This document shows positions 35,151 to 48,865 of a stretch of 64,000 nt of DNA, in pieces. The DNA lies in NCBI GenBank assembly GCA_951406725.2, contig OX597815.1:133796001-133860000 (forward strand), read 5' to 3'. Each line of letters starts with the position of its first letter. Within the stretch, counting starts at the first letter, position 1. This DNA is from Octopus vulgaris (Eukaryota). Under the pieces are notes generated by a model, which saw only the letters and a program-made list of their open reading frames with translations, was not told the DNA's origin and did not search any database. Made by a program: the position numbers and the translations under genes.

Positions 35151-35376
35151 TTAACCCTATAGTGTTCAGATTACTCTGTCAAACATAATGCTTATTCATA
35201 TTGTTTTAAAATTAATCATGAATTATCTCATAGCTTTGAGATTTCAATGATATGATTGTTTAACTTAAGAATAGTAATGTAGGGTAGGCGTGAGGAGCCA
35301 GATCAGGTCAGTTTGAACAAAAAGTGCAATTGAATATTTGGGCCGGATATGGCCTGTTTAAATACTAAATGGTTGA
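35151..35376 (+). mobile_element. piggyBac-like MITE (family A)
   Basis: TTAACCCT...TTCAGATTACTCTGTC...GGCCGGATATGGCC.GTTTAAATACTAAA; similar to 2147-2375. Confidence 0.75.
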
Positions 35377-35955
35377 ATTATATTTTTAAAAACCCATACA
35401 CATTTAGATGACACTTGTGATGCATTGTTTATGTTCCCTTCTTAGTCTTTGTGTCATAAGCTGCCGGAACTGTCAACCAACACAGATAGTAACAGCTTAA
35501 CTCAGCAATCAACCAATCAACATATTTAAAAAACATTACGAATATTTCAAATAGGTAGTGATTAACTTGAAATAATTACAATAAACAAATTCATGAAATT
35601 TAACCCATCCTCAACTTAAAACGGCTCTGACCTCATGTTCTATAATTAACATGCTCTGTAATTAATGTACACGACACACTTCCTATTGTGTTGGCAACAT
35701 CCAGAATTGTAGCTTCTTTAAACTATTAACACCACTTCTAATCCTTTAAAGCTTAAGGTCTAATCCAGTTTGTCTGTTTGCAATAAGCTGATTGGAAGGT
35801 ATATGTTTCTCAGGAAAATATTTTGTAAAAAAGAAAAGACAAGATCAATATCTTTATATATATTATCTAAGACATATATTATCTAAGGTTAGTAAGAGAG
35901 CTTCTACATAGTCACTTGACTTGCTGGAAATGGCAGCCAAATCTTCAAATCATTC

Positions 35956-36183
35956 TTAATCTTTAGCATTCAGATTACTCTGTTAAATGCAATGCTTATT
36001 TATTTACTCTATTTTGAATTAATCATGCATTACCTCATAGCTTCAAGATTTTAATGATATAAGTGTTTATTCTTTGGATTCACATTGTAGGATAGACATG
36101 ATAGGCTGGATCTGGCTAGTTTGAACATAAAACAGGTACAATATTTGGGCTGGATATGGTCAGTTTAAATGCTAACAGGTTAA
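35956..36183 (+). mobile_element. piggyBac-like MITE (family A)
   Basis: TTAATCTTTAGCATTCAGATTACTCTG...GTTTAAATGCTAACAGGTTAA. Confidence 0.75.
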
Positions 36184-37770
36184 AAGAATGGAGAAATTGG
36201 GTTATCATAGGTACACTACATGTAGTATAATTACAGATTTGTCTCAGAATGTTTGATTTAATCAAAGCTGACCCAGGGAAAAATGACACCATATAACCTC
36301 TAGTGGCTAAATATACCTGAGCTTTTTCATTCTTTTGTTTCCATATTTCTGTAGAATTACACTGCGTTTACTATTTTTAAGAATTTAGAAAATAATGACA
36401 AATTTAGTAAAATAACTTTGTTGTTATTAAGCTGGTTAGTGGATCATAAATTAACTTGGAATTTTGAAAGAATGTTTCAATTTGGATCACTTTTAAAACA
36501 GGAATTTTTTATCATAGAACTAGGAGTGGTATCAGAAGAGTTAATCTTTCTTTACTGATTCAGAATATCAATATTTAACATAGGCATATGGTATTAAATT
36601 TAGAAGGAAGGATAAAGGATAAGTTTATTTCAGTGGGATTTGAACTCAGAATATTAAGTTATGCAGTTAAATACCACTAAGCATTTGATCTGTCACTTTA
36701 CAATATTAACTTCATACAGTAAAACTAAATTTTGACTCTTGGAAAATAGAATCAAGAATGTTATTGTTGGAGCATATTACAATAAAAAATCAAATAGTTT
36801 GGTCGCTGTACATGGTTCTGGGTTCAATCCTACTGTGTGGCACTGCAGCTATAGCTCCAGGCTGACCACCTTGCTTGACATTGTGTGATAGTTGTAAATG
36901 AACATCTCCATCATGCAAACAGTGTGCTTCTTTCCCAGTTTTATATGAAAACATTCTCTGGTCATGGGAAGGTATTATCTTATTTGGAAACAGGCAAGGG
37001 TTGGCAACAGGTAAGGCTTTATATCTGTAGAAAATCAGCCTCAACAGAAATTTCTCCAATCTATACAAGCATGAAGAAGTGGATATTAAAATGAAGTAAA
37101 AAAAATGAAGTAAAACAAGAAATGAAGATTTGTATGGAAAATAGTTTTCAGTACAAGCTTTTTGAGGAAGTGTGTGGAATCTAAAAATATATCCTTGTGT
37201 GGTAACTGGCATTCAAGAAATACACCTTGTCATTGTAGAGAAGTGAGTTATGTAAAACTTTGGTATAAATTAAATGTCCAGTTACCATACACATATGCAC
37301 ATAAAGTCACAAGTTAGATTATAAAAAGAGTTTATTTTCAAACTAGCCATTTTGTAAGATAGATTTTGCTGCAATTTCATTTGAAAGTTTCTGTTAGTTG
37401 CAATAAATTTTTAATGATATTTAAATAAATCAATTTAAAAGCAAAATTAATCCAATTAATGTTATTTCCCTAATGGAGTCCAGCATCAATATGGCAGAAC
37501 TGATTGCCAATTAAATAGCATGATATTAAAACAAAATGAACCAAAAAAAAAAAAATAAAGCAATAAAAAGATTATAATGAAAGAAAATAAACCAAACTAC
37601 AATGCATTTGCAGTTAGTAAGTCTGCTTTCAGTTGCCTATGATGCTGATATTGATATCATCAGATGGTTTTGGTTATAAAAAATACACAGCACACATCGC
37701 CTCTGTTAAAATGAGCATCTTTGTTAATAACATTGTTGAAAGAACCTCCTTCCTTTACTCTTTCTATCAC

Positions 37771-37849
<79 letters not shown>

Positions 37850-38341
37850 GTATCTATCTATCTATCTATCTCTTTCTCTCTCTCTCTCATCAAAATGTAA
37901 TAACATATAATCTAAATGAACAATAAACCACTTTTGCTTCCATTTCAAGCAATTAGAAACAAATTAAAATAAAGATACAGATTGCAATCAGCTTGATAGT
38001 GTGTGAAAATTCAATTTTACTTTTTATTATCTGCCAAGCTTCTCAAATTTAATATCTAATGAGAGCCATATTTCCCTCACTTTTAAGGGCTTCTTTTCAC
38101 ATCACGAACCCATAAAACTCCATGTTATCTATGGAAGTTAATTTAAATGCCCCACCACCATTTCAGTTAGTATTCTCTATGGCATTTGGAATGGAGGTCA
38201 CTGAAATTTATTAGGGAAGCAAGTGATATATTCAATCTTCAAATACGACTAACATATTTCTTTACACTGATGTTTTTGTGTCTTTAACCCAAAGATATTT
38301 CTGTCCTTAATTTTCCAGGTTTAACAATTTTTTAATGTTTC

Positions 38342-38572
38342 TTAACCCTTTTGTTATATTTCTGTTGATATATACTACTTTTTGTTTCAATTCATTTTTA
38401 GAATAATGAAGAATTTAGTAAAATAACTTTGACATTATAAAGCCAGTGTTTGCAGCATAAAATTTATGCTCCAACTGTTTGATGGAAGATTTCAATTTAG
38501 ATCTCTTTAAAAAGGCAAGTTTGTATCATAGAAACAAGATCAATGTCAGACAGGTTAGTATCAAAAAGGTTA
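38342..38572 (+). mobile_element. piggyBac-like MITE (family B)
   Basis: TTAA|CCCTTTTG...GTATCAAAAAGG|TTAA. The body is similar to 45-296 and ~36340-36544. Confidence 0.65.
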
Positions 38573-39349
38573 AAATGGTTCATGGAAATAAAAGTAAAAG
38601 AATAAAAAGTCATTGTTCTTTAGTTCCAGTTGGCTCTGATGTAAAAAACTTGTGATGAAAGATGTTCAAATCGTCAGATATAGCTGTAAGATCTTATAAC
38701 TGCATTATCAAAGATATTCTTTTTCAAAGATAGTCATGTAGGATTAAAGAGAGAGAGAGAGAGAGAGATGACTGCTACTTTTAGCTGGTTGAGTGGCCTA
38801 CATAGACCTTGATGGTTTTCAAAACAATCATCAAAGTCTTTGTCTTCATCAACATAACCAGATTATCATCACCATCAATAGCATTTTACATCTGCTTTCC
38901 CTGCTGGCATTGCTAGGACTGTAGTCACAGTCCAATTCAATTCCTATTCAGACTCACTACCTTCCAGAGGACCATGTCTAACTCCTTCCCTTTGTGGCTT
39001 GGTTTCTACAGCAGGTGAATGCTCTTTGCTCTTCATTTGACCAGCTACTTTTATAGATAAAGCAAAGGCAGAAATTATTTAATTTTATCATTTGTTAACA
39101 TGAATATGTAATGATGAGTTCGGTAGAAACCATACCTAATGGCATAAAAAGATGTATGGGCATATTCAGGAAAAATAGTTTTTAGTGTGATAAAGCTTAT
39201 GGAACTCAAGGAACTTTTTTTTTTTTTTGGAGACCCTTCTGTAGGGTGAGGAAGCGCATATTATGTGCTATAAAATACAATGTGTCTTCTATATTTTTCA
39301 TGTTTATTTTTGATCATGATATGTGTTTAACAAAATCTGTATCACTCTT

Positions 39350-39665
39350 ATCATCATCATCATTTAGCATCCGCTTTCCATACTAGCATGGGTTGGACAG
39401 TTCAACTGGGGTCTGGGAAGCCAGAAGGCTGCACCAGGCCCAGTCTGATCTGGCAATGTTTCTACGGCTGGATGCCCTTCCGTGAGTGTAGTGGGTGCTT
39501 TTTACGTGCCACCGGCACAGGGGCCAGAGGAGGCTGGCAAACGGCCACGGTTGGATGGTGCTTTTTACGTGCCACCAGCACGGGGGCCAAGCGAGGCTGG
39601 CAATGGCCACGATCGGATGGTGCTTTTTGCGTGCCACCGGCACGGAGGCCAGTCGGGGCAGCGCT
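39350..39665 (-). mobile_element. Young RTE-associated 3' tail with three ~63-bp tandem subrepeats
   Basis: GGTGCTTTTT(A/G)CGTGCCACC(G/A)GCAC three times (~39494, 39557, 39619). It is the reverse complement of the 8685-9068 family, with CpGs retained. Confidence 0.8.
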
Positions 39666-40084
39666 AGAAATATGTTATGTAGTATTATTATTATTTTACT
39701 AGTTTCAAGGTAGTGGATTGGCAGCATTCATAGAGCATTATAAAAAATGCTGTGGGGTATTTGCCCTAACTCGTTACACCTATTTATTTCTCAGCTGATA
39801 GTAGTACAACAGTCTGTTCACTTATCTATCAGAGACTTCATAAAAAGCACAAAGGAAATATGAAGAGCCCATTCCTCTATTATCCTTTTCCTTGTGCTCT
39901 TATGCAATGAATGTCTACATGATGTACACCCCATGTATGTGGCATTTATTTTGGAATGTGGAATCCTTTTTTGCAGGCGGGGAGGCAGACTGTGTCACTT
40001 GATTGAGCAAGCTTAGAGACTTAAATCTTTTCTACTTGAATTCTATATATATCATTATCCTTTTGGGTTCAGTTTAATCCACTG

Positions 40085-40900
40085 CTCCCTCCCTCAAAAT
40101 TTCTGGCCTTGTACTTATAGTAGAAAGGTTTATTATTATTATTATTATTACTATTATTTATGTGGTGGAATTGTTAGTGTGCCAGACAAAATGCTTAGTG
40201 GTACTTCATCCATCTTCACATTCTGAGTTCAAATTCCACTGAGGTTAACTTTGCCTTTCAGGGTCAATAAAATAAGTACCAGTTGAATACTAGGGGTCAA
40301 TGTAATCGACTCATCCCCCCCCCAAAAAAAAAATTGCTGCCCTTGAGGCAAAATTTGAAACCATTCTTATTATTAACATGGTGAACTAGAAGAATTGTTA
40401 GCATACCAGACAAAATTCTTAGTGGTATTTCATTTGTTTTTACATTGAGAGTTCAAATTCTGCCAAGGTTGACTTTGCCTTTCATCCTCTTGAGATCAGT
40501 TGAGCAGTGGGATCGATGCAATTGGCTAGCCCTCTCCCCCAAAATTCAGGCCTTGTGTTTATAGTAGAAAGATTATTATTGTTATTGTTTTTATTATTAG
40601 TAGTATCAAAATTGCTATCCAGTAAGTTCAAATTCTACAAAGGTTGACTTCGCCTTTCATCCTTTTCATGTTGCTGAAAAATAAGTACCAGTAAAATACT
40701 GGGGTCAATGTAATCAACTAAACCAACATCCCTCCATAAAACTTCTAACCTTATGCTTAAATTAGACGGAATTACTACTTATTATTATACAACTAATACA
40801 GTGGATTGGCAAAAGTGTTAGAACATCAGAAAAATGATACATGACATTTCTTCCAGATCTTTGTTCTGAGTTCAAATCCTGATGGTTTTATGTCTAAATT
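40085..40900 (+). mobile_element. Head-to-tail array of ~5 Meta-domain-like SINE copies/fragments separated by (ATT)n
   Basis: Repeated (G/A)AGTTCAAAT...ACTT(T/C)GCCTTTCA...AAGTACCAG...GGCCTTG modules, each ending in an ATT-rich tail. Confidence 0.8.
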
Positions 40901-41264
40901 AGAAGCAATTATTGTACTGGTTTCAATCATTGGACTGTGCCCATACTGGAACACTACTTACAATGGTTTTATTGAATTATATTAGTCTCAATATCTATAT
41001 AAGTTTGGCTTTGCTAATAATGTCATTTGCTTGCAGTCCACTATGACAGCATATCTTGGCTTCTTGATTTGTTGCATGGTATTTTGTAAGCTAAAAAAAA
41101 AAAAAGGGAGGCAGGGCTTGTTTCAGTGTTGTTTGTTTGTTTCTGGGCCTCCACTAGAACAAATATGGACTGCTTGTTGTTTGAAAGATTGGAATATTAT
41201 TAACTCACTTGGTGCTTTGTCTGACCCAGGCAAGCATGGAAAAATAGATGTTAAAATAATAATA

Positions 41265-41467
41265 CTATAGACACAAGGTCTGAAATTGTTGGTGAGGGGA
41301 TCGATTATATTGACCCCAGTGTTTTACTGGTACTTAATCTATCGATCCCCAAAAGGATGAAAGGCAAAGTCAACCTCGGCAGAATTTGAACTCAGAATAT
41401 AAGGACCGACAAAATACCACTAATAATTTCGCCCAGCATGCTAACATTTCTGTCAGCTCACCGCCAT
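41265..41467 (-). mobile_element. Meta-domain-like SINE, reverse orientation
   Basis: CTGGTACTTAAT...AAAGGATGAAAGGCAAAGTCAACCTCGGCAGAATTTGAACTCAG...CAGCTCACCGCC. Confidence 0.8.
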
Positions 41468-41510
41468 AATAATAATAATGATGATAATAATAATATGATG
41501 ATGATAATAT

Positions 41511-41571
<61 letters not shown>

Positions 41572-42342
41572 CTTAAATGAAAATGCTTCAAGAAATCACT
41601 ATTTATTTGTAAAATTTTGTGTAGATTGAATATCTCATGTTGAAGAAAGTTGGTAGTAAATCTTTTTATTTCTTTATTCTAACATATTTTGAAGTACATA
41701 TCTAAACAGTTTACTACTCTCTGTACAATTTTAAACAGATGTTTTGAACGAAATTTATATAAACTCTTGCAAGTAATGCCTGCAAGGAAATTGCACTGAC
41801 ATATTGAGTGTACAATACAACAATGTTCATTCTCTGTTATAGTTCACATATAATCAATATAACTTTGTGTTTTTTTTTCTCTTTTTGTATTTTTTGCAAA
41901 ATGAATGGTAATAATGCATTACACTTGAGTAGTTAGCTGTGCAACTCTTCCAGTTATTTGCGGCTGGGAACATTTTTATCCTATAACATGTCATTGTCAA
42001 AGTTAGTGTATGTTAGAAAAGAAATCAAACAGGATGATGATTTTCATGTGACTGAATTAAAACACAGTAAATTAGAAAAGACAATTTAATTTGTGTATAT
42101 TTTCCTCAGTTAATCTATTTTAGAAACGTAAATATTTGGATAACTTTATTAGAACAGGTTTAGGGTTTTGCTGTTTGTTAGTCATGTTCACCAGTACACT
42201 AAGTTACACATTACAGTTGGTTTAATGATTTTTTCAAGTCTTTTCAGGAAATTTCAGCATAAATTGAGACTGCAAATTTGTAATGTTCTTGTTTTTGCTT
42301 TTGTTGCTCTGTTCATTTATGTATATACTATTATAAGACACA

Positions 42343-42760
42343 GACATGGCTGCGTGATTAAAAATTTGCTTCCTGACCATGTGGTTTCTGGTTCAGTCCT
42401 GCTGCATGATACCTTGGACAAGAGTTTTCTTCTATAGCCCAAGGTTGACCACAGCCTTGTGAATGGATTTGGTAGACAGAAGTTGAAAGAAACCTGTCAT
42501 ATGTGCTTATGTGTGTTTCTTATTTGAGTCTCCTTGTCTTGATATTGTATGATAGTTATATATAATTATTACCATCGAAGAAGTGTAATTTATTTCCAAT
42601 TGTCTGTGAAAACGTGTCTCACCACAGAAATTATTACCTTGCTTGAAAGCAAGTGAGGGTTGGTGACAGGAAGGGCAACAGACCATAGAAAACCTGCCTC
42701 AATGAATTACATCTGACCTATGCAAACATGGAAAAGTGTCTATTAAAACAATGATGGTAG
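42343..42760 (+). mobile_element. tRNA-derived SINE (CORE-like head, RTE-type tail)
   Basis: TGGCTGCGTGATTAA...GGTTCAGTCC...ACCTTGGACAAG, then GGTTGGTGACAGGAAGGGC...CATGGAAAAGT...AATGATG. Confidence 0.75.
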
Positions 42761-43349
42761 TAGTGGTAGTAGTGAGTGAGGAGGAAGAAGGAGACATCGT
42801 ATTTGTTGTAGCTTAATAGAGTACAGAAAACAGAGTTAGTTTGAATGTCGTGATAAGAGGACTTTGCCATTTTGTCTGCCAGGAATGCTAAAATGGTCTT
42901 AAAGCACACTAACTTGGAGTTTGTGAACTTGTAAGCTAATATAATAAACTAATTTGAGAAGATCAAGCTGTTTCTCTTGGGTAAAAGAAAAAAATATTAG
43001 AAAGCAGTTTATATACTATAATTTACACGTTACTGATATACATACATATGCATGTATTTATTGGGCTATAATTGTTGTAATTATGATGAATAATTATGAT
43101 AATAATTATAATGATTTATTAGCACAAAGCTATGCTATTTGGTCGTGGGAATAGTCGATTATATGAAACTCTACGCCATTGTATTTGACTAGCACTGATT
43201 GACCTAGAAAAGATGAAAAGGTAAATTTGACTTTGGCAGGTTTTGAAGGTAATGACCAAGTACTGCTAGGCATTTTTATTTTCTGGCACTCTACTGACAC
43301 TGCAAACTACCACACAACGATGATGATGATGATCATAATAATAATAATA

Positions 43350-44000
43350 AATACCCTGATGCAATACCAAGCACTAGCTTTCATGCTTTCTAGTCATAAC
43401 TGATTGGAAGTGTTATCATGTATATATTTTGTCTTGGTATAAAAGATAGGCTACAGCTCAATACCACAGATTTGCTTGTCAGTTGTTTGACCTTAACCAG
43501 TTGAGCATGTTCCTTGGTGACTGATGATATATGCATCTCTGATCACAAGCAAAAGTAGTGGGGGAGCATCATAGTCATGTGCTGGGAGGAATTCTTCGGG
43601 GTTTGTATTAGTCAGCTCTGGAAACATAGGTGTTTCATTCAACATCCTTAAACAGCCTTTATTCAGGGACCTTTTAGGCAGGATGGGCTACTCGACCTGA
43701 AGAAAATTCTAACTGGGCCCCACTTGCAAGGTCATGCACTGTTTATCTTGATATGAGATCACCATGTGGTGCACATATGGTTGTGTTGCGTGTGCCTGGT
43801 GTACCCTTATCAAACAGGTATTCATGATGGGTATATTGGGCTTCATATATTTGTACTTCTGTCTCACTTTGATAGCATGCACTGCTCTCTCACTCACTCA
43901 ATAATAATAATGATAATAATAATAATGATAATAATAATAATATAATTGTACCCCAGTGTTACTTTGATGGCATGCACTGCTCTCTCACTCAATAATAATA
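43350..44000 (+). repeat. Unclassified interspersed element with (AAT)n tail; 3' end present twice
   Basis: ACTTTGAT(A/G)GCATGCACTGCTCTCTCACTC+(AAT)n at ~43867-43940 and ~43961-44000. Both sides are flanked by AAT repeats. Confidence 0.5.
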
Positions 44001-44019
44001 ATGTTGATGATTTCTGATT

Positions 44020-45055
44020 TAAGTACATGGCCAGTGATTTAGAGAGGAGGTAGATTAGTCAATTACATCAACCCTAGTATTTAACTGGTTCTTTATTTTA
44101 TCAACCCTGGAAGGGTGAAAAGCAAAGTTGGCCAAGGCAAGATTTAAACCCAGAACATGAAGAGCTGGAACAAATGCTGCAAGGCCTTTTTTTCTAGGCA
44201 CAAGGTCAGTAATTTTGGAGAGGAAGAATTAGTCATTTACATTGACCCCCAGTACCTGAAGGTACTTTATTTTATTGATTCTATCTGAAAGGCAGAAAAT
44301 AACTTCATGATTATTTCAAATGAGAATGTGAAATACAGGAAAATACTGCAAAACAATTTTGTCCAGTGCTCTAATGATACTTCCAGTCCAAATAGTAATA
44401 ATAATAATCCTTTCTTTTATAGACACAAAGTCTGAAATTTTTGGGGAAGGGAGTAGTCAATTAAATCGACCCCAGTGCTCAACTGGTACTTATTTCATCA
44501 ACTCCAAAAGGATGAAAGGCAAACGAAATGCTGCTAAGCATTTTGTCTGGCATACTTATAGTTCTGCCAACTCACCTGCCATGATGATGATGATGAAATA
44601 ATAATAATAATAATGGTTTCAAATTTTGCCACAAGGGCAACCATTTTTGGGGAGGGTATAAATCTATTACATTGACCCCAGTGTTTCACTGGTACTTAAT
44701 TTATTGACCCTGAAAGGATGAAAGGCAAAGTCAGGCTCAGTGGAATTTAAACTCAGAATGTAGCAGCAGATGAAATACTTATTTCTTTATTGCCCACAAG
44801 GGGCTAAACAAAGAGGGAACAAACAAGGACATACAAAGGGATTAAGTCAATTACATTGACCCCAGTGCGTAACTGGTACTTAATTTATCGATCCCGAAAG
44901 GATGAAAGGCAAAGTCAACCTCTGCGGAATTTGAACTGAGAACATAACGGCAGACAAAATACCACTAAGCATTTTGCCTGGTGAGCTAACATTTCTGCCA
45001 GCTCGCTAAGCATTTCCGCTCAGCATGCTAACGATTCTGCCAGCTTGCTGCTTTA
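44020..45055 (-). mobile_element. Cluster of ~5 Meta-domain-like SINE copies on the minus strand
   Basis: Repeated GACCCCAGT...ACTGGTACTT...AAAGGATGAAAGGCAAA modules separated by (AAT)n/(GAT)n. Confidence 0.8.
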
Positions 45056-45604
45056 ATAATGATAATAATAGTGTAAACTTGAAGACAATTTCATATAATA
45101 AATGCCAAATGTTTAGACATCAACATAATCTGTCCATGAAAAAAATGAAGTCAATGGAAGTATTGTTGGAAATATATATTAATGTTTATAATGCATGTCT
45201 TTATGTGCAACATGACCCTCTGAAAATACAGTAACATCTGTTTTAACACATGGTTTCACATGAAGTCTTGTGAAACAAATGCAAAAAAGAAGTATATCAT
45301 ACCTTAAACTCAGTCTCACAAGTTTGAATTTTCATCATGTAATATCTGTTTTATTTAATGATGTTTACACTAAACTCCAGTTTCTCTCATGTCATCAAAG
45401 GAGTCTATAAGCTTCAACTTTCTACATTAGGTTTAGCTTCAAAAGAGTTATAAATTTCTTTTCATATTTTTGGCTGTATCTTATTTCATTGAATAAATAC
45501 AGTTAAAAAAAGAGCTAAGGTGATATTTGGTCTAATTTTATAAATTACATTTATTTCAGAAACCATATATAATGTCATATATACAATTATCATTAATCAT
45601 GAAT

Positions 45605-45824
45605 TTAACCTTTTAGCATTAAGATTGCTCTATCAAATGTAATGCTTATTTATTCACATTGTTTTGAATTAATCAGGCATTATCTCATAGTTTTAAGATT
45701 TCAATGATGTGATTGTTTATTTTTAGAAAGATACTGTAGGTTAGGTGTGAGGGCTTGGATCTGGCTGGTTTGAACATAAAACAGGTAAAATATTTGGGCT
45801 GAATATGGCCAGTTTAAATGCTAC
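45605..45824 (+). mobile_element. piggyBac-like MITE (family A), right end lost
   Basis: TTAACCTTTTAGCATT...GAATATGGCCAGTTTAAATGCTA. Confidence 0.75.
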
Positions 45825-45921
45825 AGAAAGACCTGCAAATATCTAGATTTGTAGTATTTAGTATTGTCTATTTTACCATGAAGAACGTATGTTAAACACA
45901 ATTTTAGCCTTATGAAAGAAA

Positions 45922-46313
45922 TCTCTCTATATATAAAGCTGAAGTTGTCTGTGTATGGCAGGTTTGGTAGCCTTCAACTAACACTATCTCCTCCGAGACC
46001 CAGCGGCGCAAGTTGACCAAAATTGAGAGTATGATAGAAGAAGGCTTGCTCTTCTTTCTGTAGTAGAAAAAATTCAAATCGGACCATGTTAACACTGAAA
46101 ATTATTTACATCAATAAGGTGTTTCTTTTTCTATGAAAATCCCTATTTTTTACGATTTTTTGACTGCTGTGTTGCCATTTTTCGGTGTATTTCAACCAGA
46201 AAATGTTCACTTAAAGACAATAACAAGCTACATAAAGCAAAATTTTTACTTTTCCAAAATTCCAATTCTAAAGGGTCGAAACAAACCCGAGCAACACTGG
46301 GTGATACTGCTAG
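45922..46313 (+). mobile_element. Non-autonomous Helitron
   Basis: 5' A|TCTCTCTATATATAAA, subterminal imperfect hairpin ACCCGAGCAACACTGGGT ~8 nt before a terminal CTAG, and no TSD or TIR. CpG-richer than the flanks. The base after CTAG is A rather than the usual T. Confidence 0.75.
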
Positions 46314-48287
46314 AAAATGATAAATGAGAAAGAAATTATCACACTAATGAAATGAATTCAGAGAAATGTATTACAGTGGTCATTTTACCACTGCTCTGAT
46401 ACTTTAATGAGGAGTCATGGGTTCAAATCCCACCAGATCGTCTTAATTTTAAAAGCACACTATTCCAGTATGGCCACAGCTCACTGATTGGAATCAGTAA
46501 AAGAATACTTTTGCAGTTTCCTGACTATTTGTGGTCAGATGTATTCATAAGGAAATAATCATTCTATTGATCTTAAGATGTAGGAGAATAGGAAAGTGGC
46601 ATTCATGCCTTTCCCAAAAGTGTTAGTGAGAATGAAACTTGGATAATAAGTTTGAATGTTTACCCTCCGTTATGAGCACACACCAACTCATCTATAGGAT
46701 AGGATAAATCTAACATGACACAGTTGGTAGATTATCAGAGAAAATGGTTTGTGGTATGTAGTATCACTTTGTGAGAATTGTTGTTGCTTTATTTACTGAT
46801 AATGTTCTTACCAAAGATCAACTTCACTTTCCATTCTTTCAGGGTTGATAAAGTACAAGCCAAGCACTGGAATTGATATAATCAACTGAATTCCTCCATT
46901 CAAAATTGTTACTCTTGTGCCTAAGAATAATTAAGAATGAAGGCAGTGGTGAATGGCAGATTTTTAAAATACTTTTATTCATAAATCTGCTTTAGCAGAG
47001 GTAACCTGGGCTAAAAAAAAAGCAAAAATACAACAAAATGGCTTGCTTTGATATTTCTAGGTTTGGATGTATTTCAAGTACAATTTAGGGGAAAAATCTT
47101 CATTTCAAGCTTAGCCAATGCTGCCCACAAACTATAATGAAGTGTTTAAAGAGGCTTTCTTCTCGGGGCCTTTATCAACCTAAATAGGTTTTTGGTTTTT
47201 GTATATTGCACTTAGTACTGGTATGAGTAGCTACAGTTCATGTCATGAAGTATCTCCAGCTGACATTATAATCATTTATAGTAAAAAAATTTCTTTGTAT
47301 TTTCAATGTACACTTTGTTGTTCATTTACTGTTATAAATAGATGAACATGTTGCTGGCTCCCTTATCCAACATATTTCCCAGCTGTGTTTGACCGTCCCA
47401 CTTTTTTTGACTAATTGTATCAGGCTTTTTTTTCTCAATATATAAAATAAAACCCTCTCTATCAAAGTATGTGTGGATACATATATATGTGTGTATATAT
47501 TCCTTATGATGCTATAAAGCAATTACAAGCTATTTAATATACACACTTTCTGAAGACATATCTTCTTCAATGATAATTGTGATGGTATCATTACCATGCC
47601 AGATGTTTACCATTTTCATGGCACTGAACCTTAACCTTTCTTTGTTCTTTACTAAAGAGACAAATACAAATACAAAGCAAAAATGGTTTTAAAGAACAAG
47701 AATAAAATAAATAAAATATTAGTTCTACAATAACAACACATATCAGCAAAACATATGATATTAGAAAACAATATGGCAAAAATTCATTATAATATAAGTG
47801 GCAATGTATATGGAAAAAAAAAAATAATTTGATATATATCTCTATAGCATAGTTGTAATTTCTTCCAGATTTTCAATTGGAAGAGACCAATTCCTTTTAA
47901 GGAAGCCATAAATATTATTATTGGTACTAAAAACTATTGAATGAAGAACAGATGGGGGTTGTGGGGATAAGACATTTTTATATGCAAATATGTGTGCGTG
48001 TGTGTTATACTCACATGCAAATGCTTATGCATACCTATGCATAACTCATAGAAGTATATGCATGAGTCTGTATAAAACTTACATTTCTCTTTCATACGTG
48101 TGAGTGAGAGGGAGTGAGAGAAAGAGAGAGCAAAACAAACAAAAATACATGTGTGTATATTAGTCACATAGCATGAATAAATTGTAGACAAAAGTTCTTA
48201 TCACTATGAACCAATATGTGAGAAATGTTTTCTTCGCTAATATCATCATCATCATCGTTTAACGTCCGTTCTCCATGCTAGCATGGG

Positions 48288-48288
<1 letters not shown>

Positions 48289-48333
<45 letters not shown>

Positions 48334-48484
48334 ATATATATATATATGTGTGTGTATATATATATGTGTGTGTGTGTATATATATATGTGTGTGTATATA
48401 TATATATGTGTGTGTGTGTATATATATATGTGTGTGTGTATATATATATGTGTGTGTGTGTGTGTATATATATGTGTATATATA

Positions 48485-48543
<59 letters not shown>

Positions 48544-48865
48544 GTATGTATATGTATGTATGTATATGTATGTATGTATATGTATGTATGTATATATATG
48601 TATGTATGTATATGTATGTATGTATATATATGTATGTATGTATGTATATATATGTATGTATGTATATGTATGCATGTATATATATGTATGTATGTATATG
48701 TATGCATGTATATATATGTATGCATGTATATGTATGCATGTATATATATGTATGTATATATATATATATGTATGTATATATCTATGTATATATATGTATA
48801 TGTATTTGTCTATATATATATATATGTATGAATATACGGGATATATATATATATATATATGTATG
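48289..48865. repeat. ~580-bp compound microsatellite (TA)n/(TG)n/(TATG)n
   Basis: Direct inspection. It is the source of six overlapping spurious ORFs. Confidence 0.95.

Noticed and set aside
39490-39665. Regularly spaced ~25-bp repeats that look CRISPR-like (also 8750-8900)
   Set aside because: The spacers are similar to each other, the context is a eukaryotic retro-element 3' UTR, and there are no cas genes.
47203-47225. TATTGCACTT resembling the miR-92 5' end
   Set aside because: Only 10 nt match, and there is no complementary upstream arm.
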